From positions 62,001 through 126,000 of the forward strand of contig NIVC01002632.1 of NCBI GenBank assembly GCA_002269645.1: a stretch of 64,000 bases of DNA, read 5' to 3'. The notes beneath the pieces were generated by a model that did not search any database, was not told where the DNA came from, and saw nothing but the letters and a program-made list of their open reading frames with translations. Of the stretch, positions 13,011 through 25,121 are shown piece by piece; the stretch's first letter is position 1; each line of letters opens with the position of its first letter. The DNA comes from Macrostomum lignano. Lineage: Eukaryota. The position numbers and the translations under genes are program-made.

Positions 13011-13634
13011 CTACCAATTGGCCGCCTCTTTTGGCTGCTTGCTGCCAATGATCACTGTTGGCTTCTGCAGCATGCTGCAGTTGGCCAGGCGCATGGCCTG
13101 ACAGAGGCCGCTAGAATCAGCGGTGCCCGAGACGGCATTGGCCACCATTTGCGAGTTTTTATCGGCTTGCAGATCCCCTTGCTGCTGCTTCTGGAGTTGT
13201 TGCTTTCGTCGACGACCGCGGCAGTTGATGAGCAGGGCGGGCGGCACCAGCTCGTGGTTGCAGTTGTAGCATCGGCTTCGCCACCAGTTTTCCTCGCCCT
13301 GTTGTTGTTGCTCCTCGTCGACGATTTTGTGACGGCTGGATCGGCGGTTGAGACAAGCTGAGCTGATGCCAACGACAGATTTGGCTCTGACATTATTGAT
13401 TTGTTCGTTCGGAGACACAGCGGCCGTTGACTTGGCTCGGCTGTGCTTCTGTTGTCGTCGATTTTGATTTCTTATAAATTCGGCGATGAATTTATGATCG
13501 TTTGTGTACAACTGGCCAGAGCAGTCATCGGTGTCAACGCGAGGCGCCACACTTTGGAGGCGGCGGCGACGGTGGTGGTGGCGATGGCGGCTTGAAGACA
13601 CCGACGGCTGCAGAAGGTCGCTAGACCGACCCAT
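13011..13634 (-). CDS. Uncharacterised low-complexity (His/Arg/Gln-rich) protein or first coding exon
   Basis: 207-aa ATG-initiated ORF in a GC-rich island with poly-Q and poly-H/R tracts, like other exons in this window. Possible donor G|GTAGGA near 13016. No family motif recognised. Confidence 0.45.
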   Translation of the reverse strand: MGRSSDLLQPSVSSSRHRHHHRRRRLQSVAPRVDTDDCSGQLYTNDHKFIAEFIRNQNRRQQKHSRAKSTAAVSPNEQINNVRAKSVVGISSACLNRRSSRHKIVDEEQQQQGEENWWRSRCYNCNHELVPPALLINCRGRRRKQQLQKQQQGDLQADKNSQMVANAVSGTADSSGLCQAMRLANCSMLQKPTVIIGSKQPKEAANW

Positions 13635-14599
13635 TTCAATTGCGCGATTGTGTCTTCTTTGCGACGCCTGATTCGAAGAAGTCCCGGGAGTAAAAAAACC
13701 CTAACGAAGTCTTATTGCTGCGGTAAATATTCTTCTAGCGAGCCGGAAAGTTGCACGGCACCCTCGAATAGAAACTTGCATTGACACTTGCCAATAAAGC
13801 TTTGTGTTGGTAGGCTAGTAAGCTAAGAACATAGACATATCGGAAACACTATTTTTAGCATATAGGATCCCAACTCTAGCAATGAGGCGGCTGAGCCATC
13901 GGTTTTTAGTAATTAAATAATAAAAAATCTGGAGACCGAAGGTTACATACTTGTTGATCCATTCGACGTCGGCCAACGTTTCTGACGTCTATCGACGTCG
14001 CTGACAAATATGTACTTTACAACTGCATAAATGGATAACGACGCCATACCTCGGCTGAGCGTCAGTGAAATGTAAAATTAAATATTTGTTTTAAAAATCA
14101 GGTTTAGGTTTGTACTTGAAGCAGTGTTCAACTTTTTGACCCGTAAGACCTACAGGTGCCGCAGTGAATTAAACTTCACTTAAAGTCAAAATAGTAACAT
14201 TTAATTGCACAAAATTTTGCTTACCTACAGGTAAAGAAGTATGAAGCCCACATCATCAGAGTTTGATGATGCATCTCTATTGTGGCTCATTGGCTGAAAA
14301 TGAAAATAAAGTTTAATTTGGACTGAGCATACAATGCACATTTAGATAAAACGTGGTATAAAACCTCTGGTATTGCTTGCTTGAGGGGGCCATCTATAAG
14401 CAAATTTTCATTAGAGAAGAAGTGTAAGAGGATAGATAGACATTGGAAAGGAGCGGAATGATTCGACACGAGTATAGTGGTTACACAAAAAGCGACATAC
14501 GCTCGTAATCTCAAAAATTCTTTCGTTAGTTATTTTTTAGAGTAATTTTTGTTTGCAAAATTAATGTTAAAATTCAGACTTCATTCCGCATCCTGAAGA

Positions 14600-16637
14600 T
14601 CAACATCCGGCGGTGATTGCGTTCACCAGAAGCACCGCCACGCTGCCCTGCTCGCTGTAGGTGTTGCCGCCCTTGACGGCAACGAAGCCGCTGCCGCCGA
14701 TGCAGACGGAGCCGCCACCGCCGGCCGCGTGGCCAACTCCGCGACCAGCGCCGCCTCCGCTGAAGCCACCGCCGGCGCCCGGGGCTCCTCTTCTGCCGTA
14801 GCGATTGCCGCCACCTCCGCCGCCTCCGCCGAATCCGCCGTCGCCGCCTCCTCCGTCGCCGCCGCCGCCGCCGACCCAGCCGTTGGCCAGACTGCCGCCT
14901 CGCTCTCCATCACTGGAGTTTCGCCTCGGGTTGACGGCCCTACCGAGCCAGCCGGCGCCGCAGCCGCCGTGGTTGAATCCTGAGCCAGTCAGCAGCGGCT
15001 CGTTGAAGCCGGGCTGTCCGTCGCCTCCGCCATAGCCAGACAGAGCTAAGTTGTGGCCCACAGAGTTGCTGCCGTTGCAACCGCTTTCACCAGGAAAACC
15101 TTAAAATTGGAAGACAGGACAAGTGTCGTCTATCGGTTTTATCAGTGCTTCATATATTGGTTCGAAGTCACACTCGATGTGCAAAGCCTATGATGACAAC
15201 GAGTCAATGGACATGTTCACGAAATGATACAAATAAAAAAGTTCTTGAGGAATTTCTTGTGAAAAGTTTAACTGGCTAGTACATGTAGGGGGACTGACCT
15301 GAGGTCAAAGTTATCTGATTTTGGAAGACAGGAAACATGTTTGTGTTTCATTTTCGAATTCCATTCTTTTAAAAATGAGAAACTCTCCCGTCAAGGAAAA
15401 AGCAATAAAAATATTACCACAATGAAAAATCACAATAAGTGGAGCATTCGCTCACCGTGTCTATTTCTGGCGCCTCCACCGCCGCCGCCGGCAGCCAGTA
15501 GCAGCGGAGTCTCCGGCACGTCGCTTCTCCACACAAAGCTGCCGCCGCCTCCGCCGGGCGCAGCGTCGTCCGCAGTAGCGTTGATGCCCGCCTGCCCGAC
15601 TGCGATGGCCAGCTGGATTCCGGCCGTCAGGCTGAAGTTGGCAGCCGCGGTGGCTCCGTGGCCACCGACAGTGGCTTCGGGCAGGTTGGCGCCGCCTCTG
15701 GCTCCAGCGGCCTCGATGCGGTAGCAGCCGGAGAACTCGATCGGCAGGGTCCAGATGGAGCCGTTTCTGCCCGAGGCTGAGTCTGAATTCAGAACGCAGT
15801 AAAAAACAGTGAGATCTGGGAATTGTCGAACAGATATTTTGCTTTCACTTAGATACTTTACTGGGCAAAATGAATAAAAATTCTATTAGCATCTTCTTCA
15901 ACTTCTACATGTACAATAAAAGTGCACAAACACAAGGTACTAAAAATGAGACTAGAGTCACAGGGCGCGCTTCGAGTCTTGGGACCAAAAAAGAGACCGA
16001 GTGATATTCTTTGACCAAGGACACCTCAATGTCAAAGTTAGGATCTGTAAAGTTAAAATTTTCCTTCTCTTGCTCGGATACAGAACACTTAAAAGCACTT
16101 CGTGAGCCTAAATAATTCTTTCGGACTGAGTTTCAACATCCGAAACGTGATAACATACAACGTGATAAACATGTTAATTTAACGTGATAATTGCTAGTTA
16201 AAGTAATTTATAAACTAATTCATGACTTGCTCACTTTTAAAGACAACGTCCAGTTTGTAGGCCCTCTCCCGGATCAGCTGCTCGAGGTTATCCGCCGTCC
16301 ACACGGATTCGCCCACCTCGGAGCCCAGCAGTCGCGTCACGTGACTCGCCGTCGGTCCCGGAGACTGCGACGCATCGTTGATGATGACGAGCTGGCAGGT
16401 GGAGGCGCCCTTGGGAACAACCGCCACAGCGCAGCCTCTCATTCGACACCTGAGCAGACAGTCTTGCACCGAAGCCACGTTGGTCTCGGTGATGACGTCA
16501 CTGCTCAAAGTCGCGTCCAGCCAGACGGGTTTGGGAGAGGGTACGAGTCGCATTGGCTTGCAGAATTTCTGCGACTCAGCCATCCCTGAAGCAGTCACTG
16601 CAGCCAGGCAGGCAATCAGACAGACCTTGGTCCACAT
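14600..16637 (-). CDS. Secreted PAN/Apple + ALK/LTK-like glycine-rich-domain protein, paralog 1 (about 409 aa)
   Basis: Exons 16637-16235, 15782-15456 and 15099-14600, with GT-AG phase-1 introns that keep frame. Signal peptide MWTKVCLIACLAAVTASG. PAN-like SVQDCLLRCRMRGCAVAVVPKGASTCQL. GRD-like SGCYRIEAAGARGG...GGHGA...LAIAVGQAG...GGGGGSFV...LLLAAGGGGG...GGFGGGGG...GAGGGFSGG...GGGGS. No TM or kinase. Confidence 0.88.
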
Positions 16638-17356
16638 GCCGAATCCGACAGAGTGTTTTAACTATGATAAGCAGCTGCTCTACTTAGTAATGTGAATTAC
16701 TAGTTTAGTAATTCATTTTTTTAGTTGTAGACAGGTCGACGGTAGACGGACAGGAAGCTTTTATGGATCAAGTGGCGCCATTCTAGTGGACTCTCGTCTC
16801 CATCTCTCTGTCTACCTTTCTCCCACACCCTGTCTACCTTTCTCCCACACCGGAGCCAATGAAGTGCCGTTCCCAAATATGGCATCAATAGCAGACCGTG
16901 AGTGTTGGAAACTAATGCGCTATTCCAATAGGGAGTTGGGCGAAGATAAATAATACAATTTCGCGTCAAAAGCTGAGCGTGGGCAGTTTGTTGAATTTTT
17001 TTCCAAAATGATGGCTTCAACTGGATGTGGGCTGCTGACAGACGGCATGAAGCTGCGGGAGGATAGACTAAGAATTTTCAGTCTAGCTGGTTAGAAGCAG
17101 ACAGACCAGCAGACCAGCAGCTTAAAACTATTGCCACAAATATCCCTCTGCTAGTAATGAGGCTCTTTATCTTCTATAGCTAAGCTATAGGATCTCGGAG
17201 CTCCATTTAGGGTGTCGGCTCAGGGCTGTAAAGACTGCTATTTTAATTGTGGAGGGTTTAGAAATTTCTGGGTTGGGATATTTTTTAGAGAAAAATGGTT
17301 CTCATAAAAAATGTGTGCTCTCAGGATCACTTATGTGCAAGCATTTGGGGTCGCGA

Positions 17357-17422
17357 CAGGGACAACTAAAACACTCAACACTAACACTCAACACTCTACA
17401 CTGAGTGTTTTAGTTGTCCCTG
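17357..17422. mobile_element. 66-bp hAT-like micro-MITE
   Basis: Perfect 21-bp TIRs (cagggacaactaaaacactca and tgagtgttttagttgtccctg). 8-bp flanking direct repeat ggtcgcga (17349-17356) and ggtcggga (17423-17430), one mismatch. Inserted in a gtcgggatt-motif repeat. Confidence 0.7.
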
Positions 17423-18435
17423 GGTCGGGATTGGGGTTCGGGACTGGGTTTTTGAAGTTTCGTTAACTTTCAGAATTACCATAAGTTCGTATACGTCGGG
17501 ATTTTCGGAGTCGGGATTAAAGTTCGGGACGTGGGTTCGGGGTTCCAATCCCGAACACCTCTAGTATCAATTTACAATACATGCGTAACTTCCTACATCT
17601 ACATCACAAGCCGTCTAGATTCCAAACATTCTGTATTAATAACTACAAATACTTTCAGCGATATCTAAATCACAAAGCTGTTTATGGCCTTTGAAAATAG
17701 TGCTCAAGCAAGTCTTTCAAACTTTCATCGTTATTCCCTATGAAAACCAATAAAAGTACTTTGCTAAAGAAATTTCTAAACGAAAAAATTTATGGAAGAT
17801 CGCCTACTAAATACATGTAGTAGCAAGAAAAGAATGTGAAATAAATATCTCATAGTTTTTTTAAAACAGCTGGTTGCTCAATCACTGAGATAGTTAAGTT
17901 AGGCCTTCAAACTTGTGTGTCCAGACTCAGGAGCTGGAAGCTGGTCACAACAGTAACACTTGGATAAAATAAATTAAATCGCTTTTCGATACGTCGTCTT
18001 ACGTCGTCATCACACGGTCCATAAAACTCGTCGCAGCAGCAGGTTCATAAGACAGATGCAGCCCGAGATTTGCTAGAAAAACCGCATTCGTCTTTTTTCG
18101 TTTCTGCCCTCGTCGCTTTCTGAAACTGATTCGAGGGGGGTTGGTTGGCTTCAGAGAATCCGCATGATTTTAAAAATCAACAGACTCTCACCCTAATCTT
18201 TAACCCAGGCAAGAAAGGCACAATCTTAAACTGGGCTTTACTTGAAACAGAAAATGTCTAATAGCTTCTTCTGAATCTTTGCATGGCCTCCCACACAATA
18301 AACGTGACCCGGCCGTTAAAAATGGGGCTTAAACCGTTCGAATAATTTTCTTTAAAATCTCCTTTAAATTTTCATTTTCCCAAACAGCAACAGTGATTTT
18401 TTGTGTCCAGCGAATATTCTCGCCAGAAAAAAGCT

Positions 18436-21133
18436 ATGCGGCAACGCCACTTGACGCTGACGCTGCAAAATCTGACGGTGTTCGTCAAAGATTGCGACAC
18501 TCCCGTACTAAATAGCGTCAGCTTTCGCAGTGAGAGCGGCCGACTCACAGCCGTGATGGGCCCGAGTGGCAGCGGCAAGACCACTTTGCTGCACTCGCTG
18601 TGCGGCCGGCTGCCGTTAGACAGCGGCTGTCTGAAACTTGGCCGACAGGCCGTGTCGCGCAAGACGCAGAAAGGATTCGGCTACGTCACCCAGGAAGACG
18701 TGTTCTTTCCACAGTTGACACTGCGCCAGATGCTGCAGTTTACGGCCGAAGTTCGACTCGGCTCGGAGGTTGGACCGGCAGAAAAAATGCGACGAATCGG
18801 TCGAGTAGTTGAAGCTTTGGAGCTGGAGAAGTAAGTTGCTTTGATGAATTGAGGGCTGCGGCATTTGTAAACGCCACTCGCTATATTTCACTTTGCGGGC
18901 ACCCTGTCGGTTGGTAGATACTATGGGCCCGTTCTATAAAGCCATCGTAAGATAAGATCGTTCTTAGCTCCTATCTCCGTAGTGTAAAAGTTCCGACGTA
19001 CGATCGAACTTAACTTACGCTACGACAGCTTTATAGTACGACCCCTATGTCTCTTGGTAGTCACTTGTGTCTTAGTACGTCCTGTGTCTTTGTAACTATT
19101 TTTATATTATGTCCTATCAAAGGGGTGACTAAAATAGAATGGAGTTCGTGACATTCAAGTTTGTTGGTCTCTTTCGTTTTGTTTTTTTTGAATTGGGTGC
19201 TTTTTGGTGGAGGACAGTTGGGAGCTGCGGTCCTCCTGTCTGCTGCATACGCAAGTAGACTTGATGACTCACTTTAAGGCTGTGTAGGATAAAGTTGCCT
19301 TGCATTGTTACATGTACATGTCTACGACCGTACATGTTACAGGTTCCAACCTGAATCAGCCAATCCTTGTTCGTTACATGCTGTGTACTTACACATAAAT
19401 ATATCATATAATAACTGTTTTATATACTGTTTTGTACTGTTTTATATATCTGTCTAGCCAAAGTCGTATTGCAGAGAATTTTTTCGTAATAATTATTCAA
19501 CAGGTGCATCGACACGCGAATCGGGGATTTCCTGGACAAGGGTCTCTCCGGTGGTGAAAAACGCCGCGCCAGCATCGCCTGCGAGCTGCTCCACGATCCC
19601 CGTGTGCTGCTACTCGACGAACCGACATCCGGGCTAGATGCCAGTCTGGCGCACTCAATCGTACGCCTGCTGCACGACTGGGCCACTAGCAACAACCGCA
19701 TTGTGATCACCAGCATTCACCAGCCATCGTCGCACATCTACCACGTATTTGACGATGTTTTGCTTCTGGTCGACGGCCACGTGTGCTATCGCGGCCAACG
19801 AAAGACATGGCTAATTATTTCGACTGCATCGGGGTGCCGTTTCCCAAGGACTGGAACCCGGCTGACTATCTTATGGAGGCGGTGACATCTGGCAAGCGCG
19901 CGCTGATTCTGGAGAAGGGCCGAGAACTGTTTAACGACGCCTCGCTTCCGCCCCCGATGTCGCCTGTCGGAACTGCCGACCCCGGGTGCGGCTATGACGC
20001 GATTCCGATGCGCGAGACAGGCGACACCTTTGTCTTCAAGGCCGATCAGTGGCGCGACGGCCTCATGCAAGACACAGGCGCTGCCTCTAGCGCTACCGAG
20101 TCGCAGCCGCTGAAGTTTGTAGAGAGCGCCAGAGAGGAGCAGCGAAAAGCCAGCTGGTGGGCCCAGTTCAGAGCGTTGGTGGTGCGAAATTTTCAGGTAG
20201 TACTCGAATTCGGAGATATTTTACAGAAAATTTCGCAAAACTAAAGTCATAATCATTCTCCCAATTCAGGTTTCAAGCCTGAGATCGTTTGCCGTTTTCC
20301 CGCTGGTGCAGTACACGGTGTTTACAGTACTGGTGTCGGCACTGTGGTTTCACATCCAACGCCGCGAAGAAGATATAAAAGACATTCTTGGCCTGCTGTT
20401 TTATTTGACACTCAGCCAGAGCAACATCAACATCCTGGAACCGTTGAGTTCTTTTACGGAGGATCTGACCATAGTGCAGCATGAGCTGCTTGCAAACAAG
20501 TACAAGATCAGTGCGTACTATTTGGCTAAAACAGTCACGGAGGCTCCAACCCAGATCATCTTGCCTCTGATTTCGCTCAGTATTATCTTCTGGGCCGCCG
20601 ATTTGGGCAGCGCTGGAACATATGTGGAGTTCACCAGCATGCTTCTGTTGAATGTACTGGCCTGCCAGGGCATGGGCATGTTCTTCAGCCTGGTGTCCCG
20701 CAGGCCCAAGGCCAATCTTGCCGCCGCGTTCACGCTGCTATTTTTAGCCTTCACGGCTGGCGGTCTCTTCCTGACAAGATTCCCGCCAGCCCTGGGCTGG
20801 GTTCGCTGGCTCTCCTTCATTCGCTATGCATTCCAGTTCCACGTGTACGTTGTGTTCAACGGCATGCCAGAGCTGCAGTGCGCAGTTACCAGCGCGTCCA
20901 GTTCTAGCAAGTACCCAACATGTATCGCTAGCAATGGCACCGGCGTTATATCTGGCCGCGAAGTTTTAGCCGCGATGCAGGACCCGCTGGCGCCGCCGTG
21001 GCTAAGCGTTGGCGTTATGTTCGGCCTGTTGATTGTGTTTCGGACTGCGGCGTTTCTGCTACTGAAGCGGCGACATCGGCGGTCGGTTGGAGTTCGTTGC
21101 GTGCCCAAGTGTCTGAAGGGATGGAACGGCTGA
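18436..21133 (+). CDS. ABC transporter subfamily G (White-like half transporter) with one apparent 1-nt frameshift
   Basis: Exons 18436-18830, 19504-20196 and 20270-21133. Walker A GPSGSGKTT, Q-loop YVTQED, signature LSGGEKRRASI, Walker B/D-loop LLLDEPTSGLD, H-switch SIHQPS, then an ABC2-type TMD (AYYLAKTVTEAP, WLSFIRYAF). The frame changes at about 19797. Confidence 0.92.
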
Positions 21134-22507
21134 AAGGAATGTCTGAAAACTTCGTCAATCGACGTTTACTTTCTAGGGAGTGTTTCACAAGATTTTTGAG
21201 CTTCGAGCTTAAGAAATTCACTATTCTACAAATTTATGATGTGAACATTCATGCTTTTGAGAGCGACCCTACTTTTGAACTAGGCTTGTAGAACGGTTAA
21301 AATATAATATCAGTAGTTACGATTATACGCTCATACTCGTAGGAAGTTAGCAACTTAGAATTCTAGTCGCAATATATATTTAAACACATTTACTGAACAA
21401 TAATGCGAATATGACAAAAAGCTACACGTATAAGGTTCAACATTGCTAAATAAGCTCCATCCTATTGCGAAATAAATAATAAACAAGACTTCGTAGAATT
21501 TTCAAGAACCGTTCAATAGTTCTCTCCAATGGCTGGGGATCATTCAACCAATAATAAGCCAAGATTATTTAATCCTGGTTTTAATTGAACTCCATTTCAT
21601 ATATTGCATTCAATATGGCACCATGAAGTAAGTAACTCAAATTTAGCAAAATGCTATTGATCAGTCAGACTATTGATTTAAACTTGACTGTTAAAAATTG
21701 ATTCGCAACTAATGCGATAAAAAGGTTTTACTGGCAAAGCACTTGCCGAAAATTTAAACATGTGAAATGCTTAGATCAACATTAAAACAAAGCTCAGAGG
21801 AACAGTGCTTGACAGAGCTGTTATATTTTCCTTGAACGAATTCAAGGACAAAATGAACTGCGAGCGTATTGTTGTTAGTTTATTGTTAAGCTGACAATCC
21901 CGATAAAAACGGTGCCCACGCCAAGAAGCGACCCATAGTCACTTGCGTCGCCCAGAGTCGTTGCAGGTAAACAGGAAGGATAAATGACTCTAAGCGACTC
22001 TAAAACGACGATATGTCGCAGTACAAGTCGCCTAGGAGTCCATTTGAGGCCTTTTATTGTCTGCGACTCTGAAACGCCTTCGGGTCGATGCAAGTGACTC
22101 TGGGGCCCTAGAGCCGTATCTGAGGCGTGCTAGAGTCGCTGATAGAACACTGGGTTGCATCTAAAGCACACCTGTATCACACTGTGAATTAGAATCGAAT
22201 TTCGCATTTATAAAAACTCTATTTTAGTCTAATTGAGTTAGTAGAAAATTAAACGCTAACACAACGACTCTTTTACGGTTCTACAACTTGCGGGCTTGTG
22301 AAATTTATGGCTTGTGAAATTCTGTGCATGCCTTTTAGGTGTTATGAAATTTAGGTCTTGTGAAATCTGATGCATTGCTTTTTTTCGACATTGTGAATAT
22401 TAGGGTTTATGAAATATAGGTCTTTGAAAGGTTTTGGTTTCGACGTTGTGAAAATTAGGGTTTGTGAGACGACCCTCGCTGAACACTTATTACTCGTACT
22501 ACAGTTC

Positions 22508-23054
22508 CTATACAAATGTGTCCCGACAGATTCTGTCCAAATAACAGCCCAGCCTGTGCACAGGTAGCCCCATCACATTGTAATAATCGCCCTGTATCGA
22601 TTCAACAAGACTGCAGCCGAGGCCCTGGATGCCGTAGCCACCCGCTTTGTCCAGCGGCTCACCTGTCGACACGTACCAATCGATGATCATGTCGTCGAGC
22701 TGACCAAACACTACCGACGTAGATTCGACAAATTCGTCGAAAGCGAACGCGTCGGCGCTGCAACGGCGGTAGGCCACGCAGACGGCGGTTAATACCTGGC
22801 GGTTTCGGATTGGCAAGAGTGGAGTTCGGTATTAAAGCATACCACAGCAAACACGATTGAGGCTCTAGGGTGCTTTGAGCATTAGTTCACAAGCTTAAAA
22901 CTATCAGAAACTAAAAAAATAGCTTTCGGTCAAAAGCGACTAAAAGGGTCACAGAAACAACAGCCAAAGCCGTGCAAGTTAAGCACAGTTGGCCATGGTT
23001 AGTAAGTATGCAATAGCTGAATTGGCTTGCATTGCCCTTTGCAAGGCAGCTACC

Positions 23055-23117
<63 letters not shown>

Positions 23118-23586
23118 CGGCAAAATGAAGATGAGCTCCACAGTAGTTCGCCCTACTCGTACTCGTAGTGGGATGACCGGTGAAAGGAGGATTTCAAGGT
23201 ACAAACAACAAGCAAAGCACTACTCGCACCTGATGTTCCTGGCCGCTTAACTCTCGCAGCATCTGCTTGGCAACATCTGGCTGCTCAGGCTTGCTAACAA
23301 TCCTACGCCCGTTGTCAATGACAACAACAGTGTCGGCGCACAGGATTAGTTGGGCTTCCACAATGGCAGGATTGTCACTGTTAGCCAGGGCCCGGCATTT
23401 GCGCCTGGCAATTTGTAGGACAGCATCGCGAGGCAAAGCGCCAGGTTCCAGAGATTCGTCAACTTGGGGACTGACCACGGCAAAGCCACTGAGCCCAGCA
23501 CGTTCAAGGAGCTCACGACGGCGTGGCGATTGAGAGCCAAGCACAATACGAAGCTTGCTTAGGACTGGTAGAGCACAGATTAACAT
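22508..23586 (-). CDS. maf: Maf family nucleoside-triphosphate pyrophosphatase, stand-alone (about 214 aa)
   Basis: Exons 23586-23230 and 22795-22508 (phase 0, CAG|GTGCGA donor). Motifs IVLGSQSPRRRELL, ADTVV, SKP, LSGQEHQVLTAV, EPLDKAGGYGIQG and GDYYNVMGLP. Confidence 0.93.
23057..23110. repeat. (GA)n microsatellite in the Maf intron
   Basis: Perfect dinucleotide run. Confidence 0.97.
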
Positions 23587-25121
23587 GCCTTCATGAAGCC
23601 AATTATTCATCAATTTAATGTGGTGTTTAATCAAAATAAATGTTAGATAAATTAAAATCATTATTATCCACAATTAATAATTTCATTTTGTATTACCAAA
23701 TGAATATGAGATATACTAGAAAAAATCATACAAGGGATACAGTTTGGCTAAAAATAGAGGATTCCAACAACAAATTTTGTCTATTTTTAACTGAATATTC
23801 AAATGTATAATGTATATTCATATAATAAATGTCTTCAAGGCCAAGTATTACTATCTTAGATAAAATTCTAGACTAAGGGAAATCAATCCTAGATATAAAA
23901 AATGCTAGAATCTCAGGATTTGACTCTAACCTCTAGTATAACAAAATATCCTAGAATTTTTATCAAACTTTGGGACCTTGCTTGGCAGATCTATAATCTA
24001 TCTAAGATTAGAATACTGGAATTTAGATTTCTTTATTTAAGAAATAAGAAATAAGAAATAAGAAATAAAGAACAATTTCTTTATTCTTTACAAGTTCTGT
24101 TTAGTAAAAAAATGTTCATAACCATTTTAAATTTAACATTAGCTATAAAGCATAGACATGTTTGCAAGAGAAAACAAGGATTTATTTTTAAAACTTGTAA
24201 AACAGAGTTTGAAGCTGGAATGTTGAATAAAATATAAATAAAACATTACCTTACCACATTAAAATGAGTGTAAAATATAAATAAATACATTAAACAACAC
24301 GATTCCTGGCTAAATTATATTTCCGTAGTTCAAATTATATTCATTTTATATTGTAAAAACTACTTTGTAATGCTTTTTCCAATGCTAAAAGTGCTAAACA
24401 TTTTAAAGATAAGATTAAGAGCCCACTTTGACGAAGCAGAAAGGCTATGTTTAAATTAATTAAATATTCATATAATGCTTTAAATTAAGTGAAAGAAATG
24501 TTAAAAATTAAAGGGCCCTACTATATTTTACATGAATAAAACAAGTTTAAGTATTAAGTGAGTTGAGTTGAGTTATTCCATAAAAAGTAGCGAGACAAAA
24601 AAGTTAAATCTATTCAAGATGCTTTTAGGTATATAAACAAAAAAGCAAAAAAATGTGACGAGTGGATGCTCGCTCAGCAAAAGTGACTGTTTATTTACAA
24701 TCTAAAGTTAAATAATAACAGCCTAAAGTCCTTTGATGGTCAGGATATATTCAATCAGAAATATACATTCAAAGCACTTCGTTTGGACTTCTACTTAAAT
24801 GAGGTCCCAATGTCAGAATAAGTATCGATATCTATAAATCCAAGATCATATAGTGAACGTGTACTTGCTGTTAGAAAAAAAACTTCTATCGAAAAATATC
24901 TTCTATTGGTAAGTATTTTCTTTTCTAAGATCATGATACATTTAATTTACAATGCGAAGAAAACCACACTACTGTGTAATGTACATTTTATATATAGTTT
25001 TTACTATCAATGTACTCAAAGCTTGATTTCGTCGATGATAATGAATTACATATAGTTTGATCGTTACAGTATTATTCCCTGTATTTTACAAGTGCAGAGC
25101 CGTCTCCTTCACACAACTTCT

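Noticed and set aside
14623-15035. Ala-rich and Pro-rich ORFs overlapping GC-rich genes (also 28131..28744, 57399..58912 alternative frames and 49534..50570)
   Set aside because: Shadow or antisense frames of Gly-rich or GC-rich real CDSs.
21900-22480. Dispersed gagtcgc and tgtgaaat motif arrays suggesting Mutator-like MITEs
   Set aside because: Terminal repeats and TSDs are too weak to define an element by eye.
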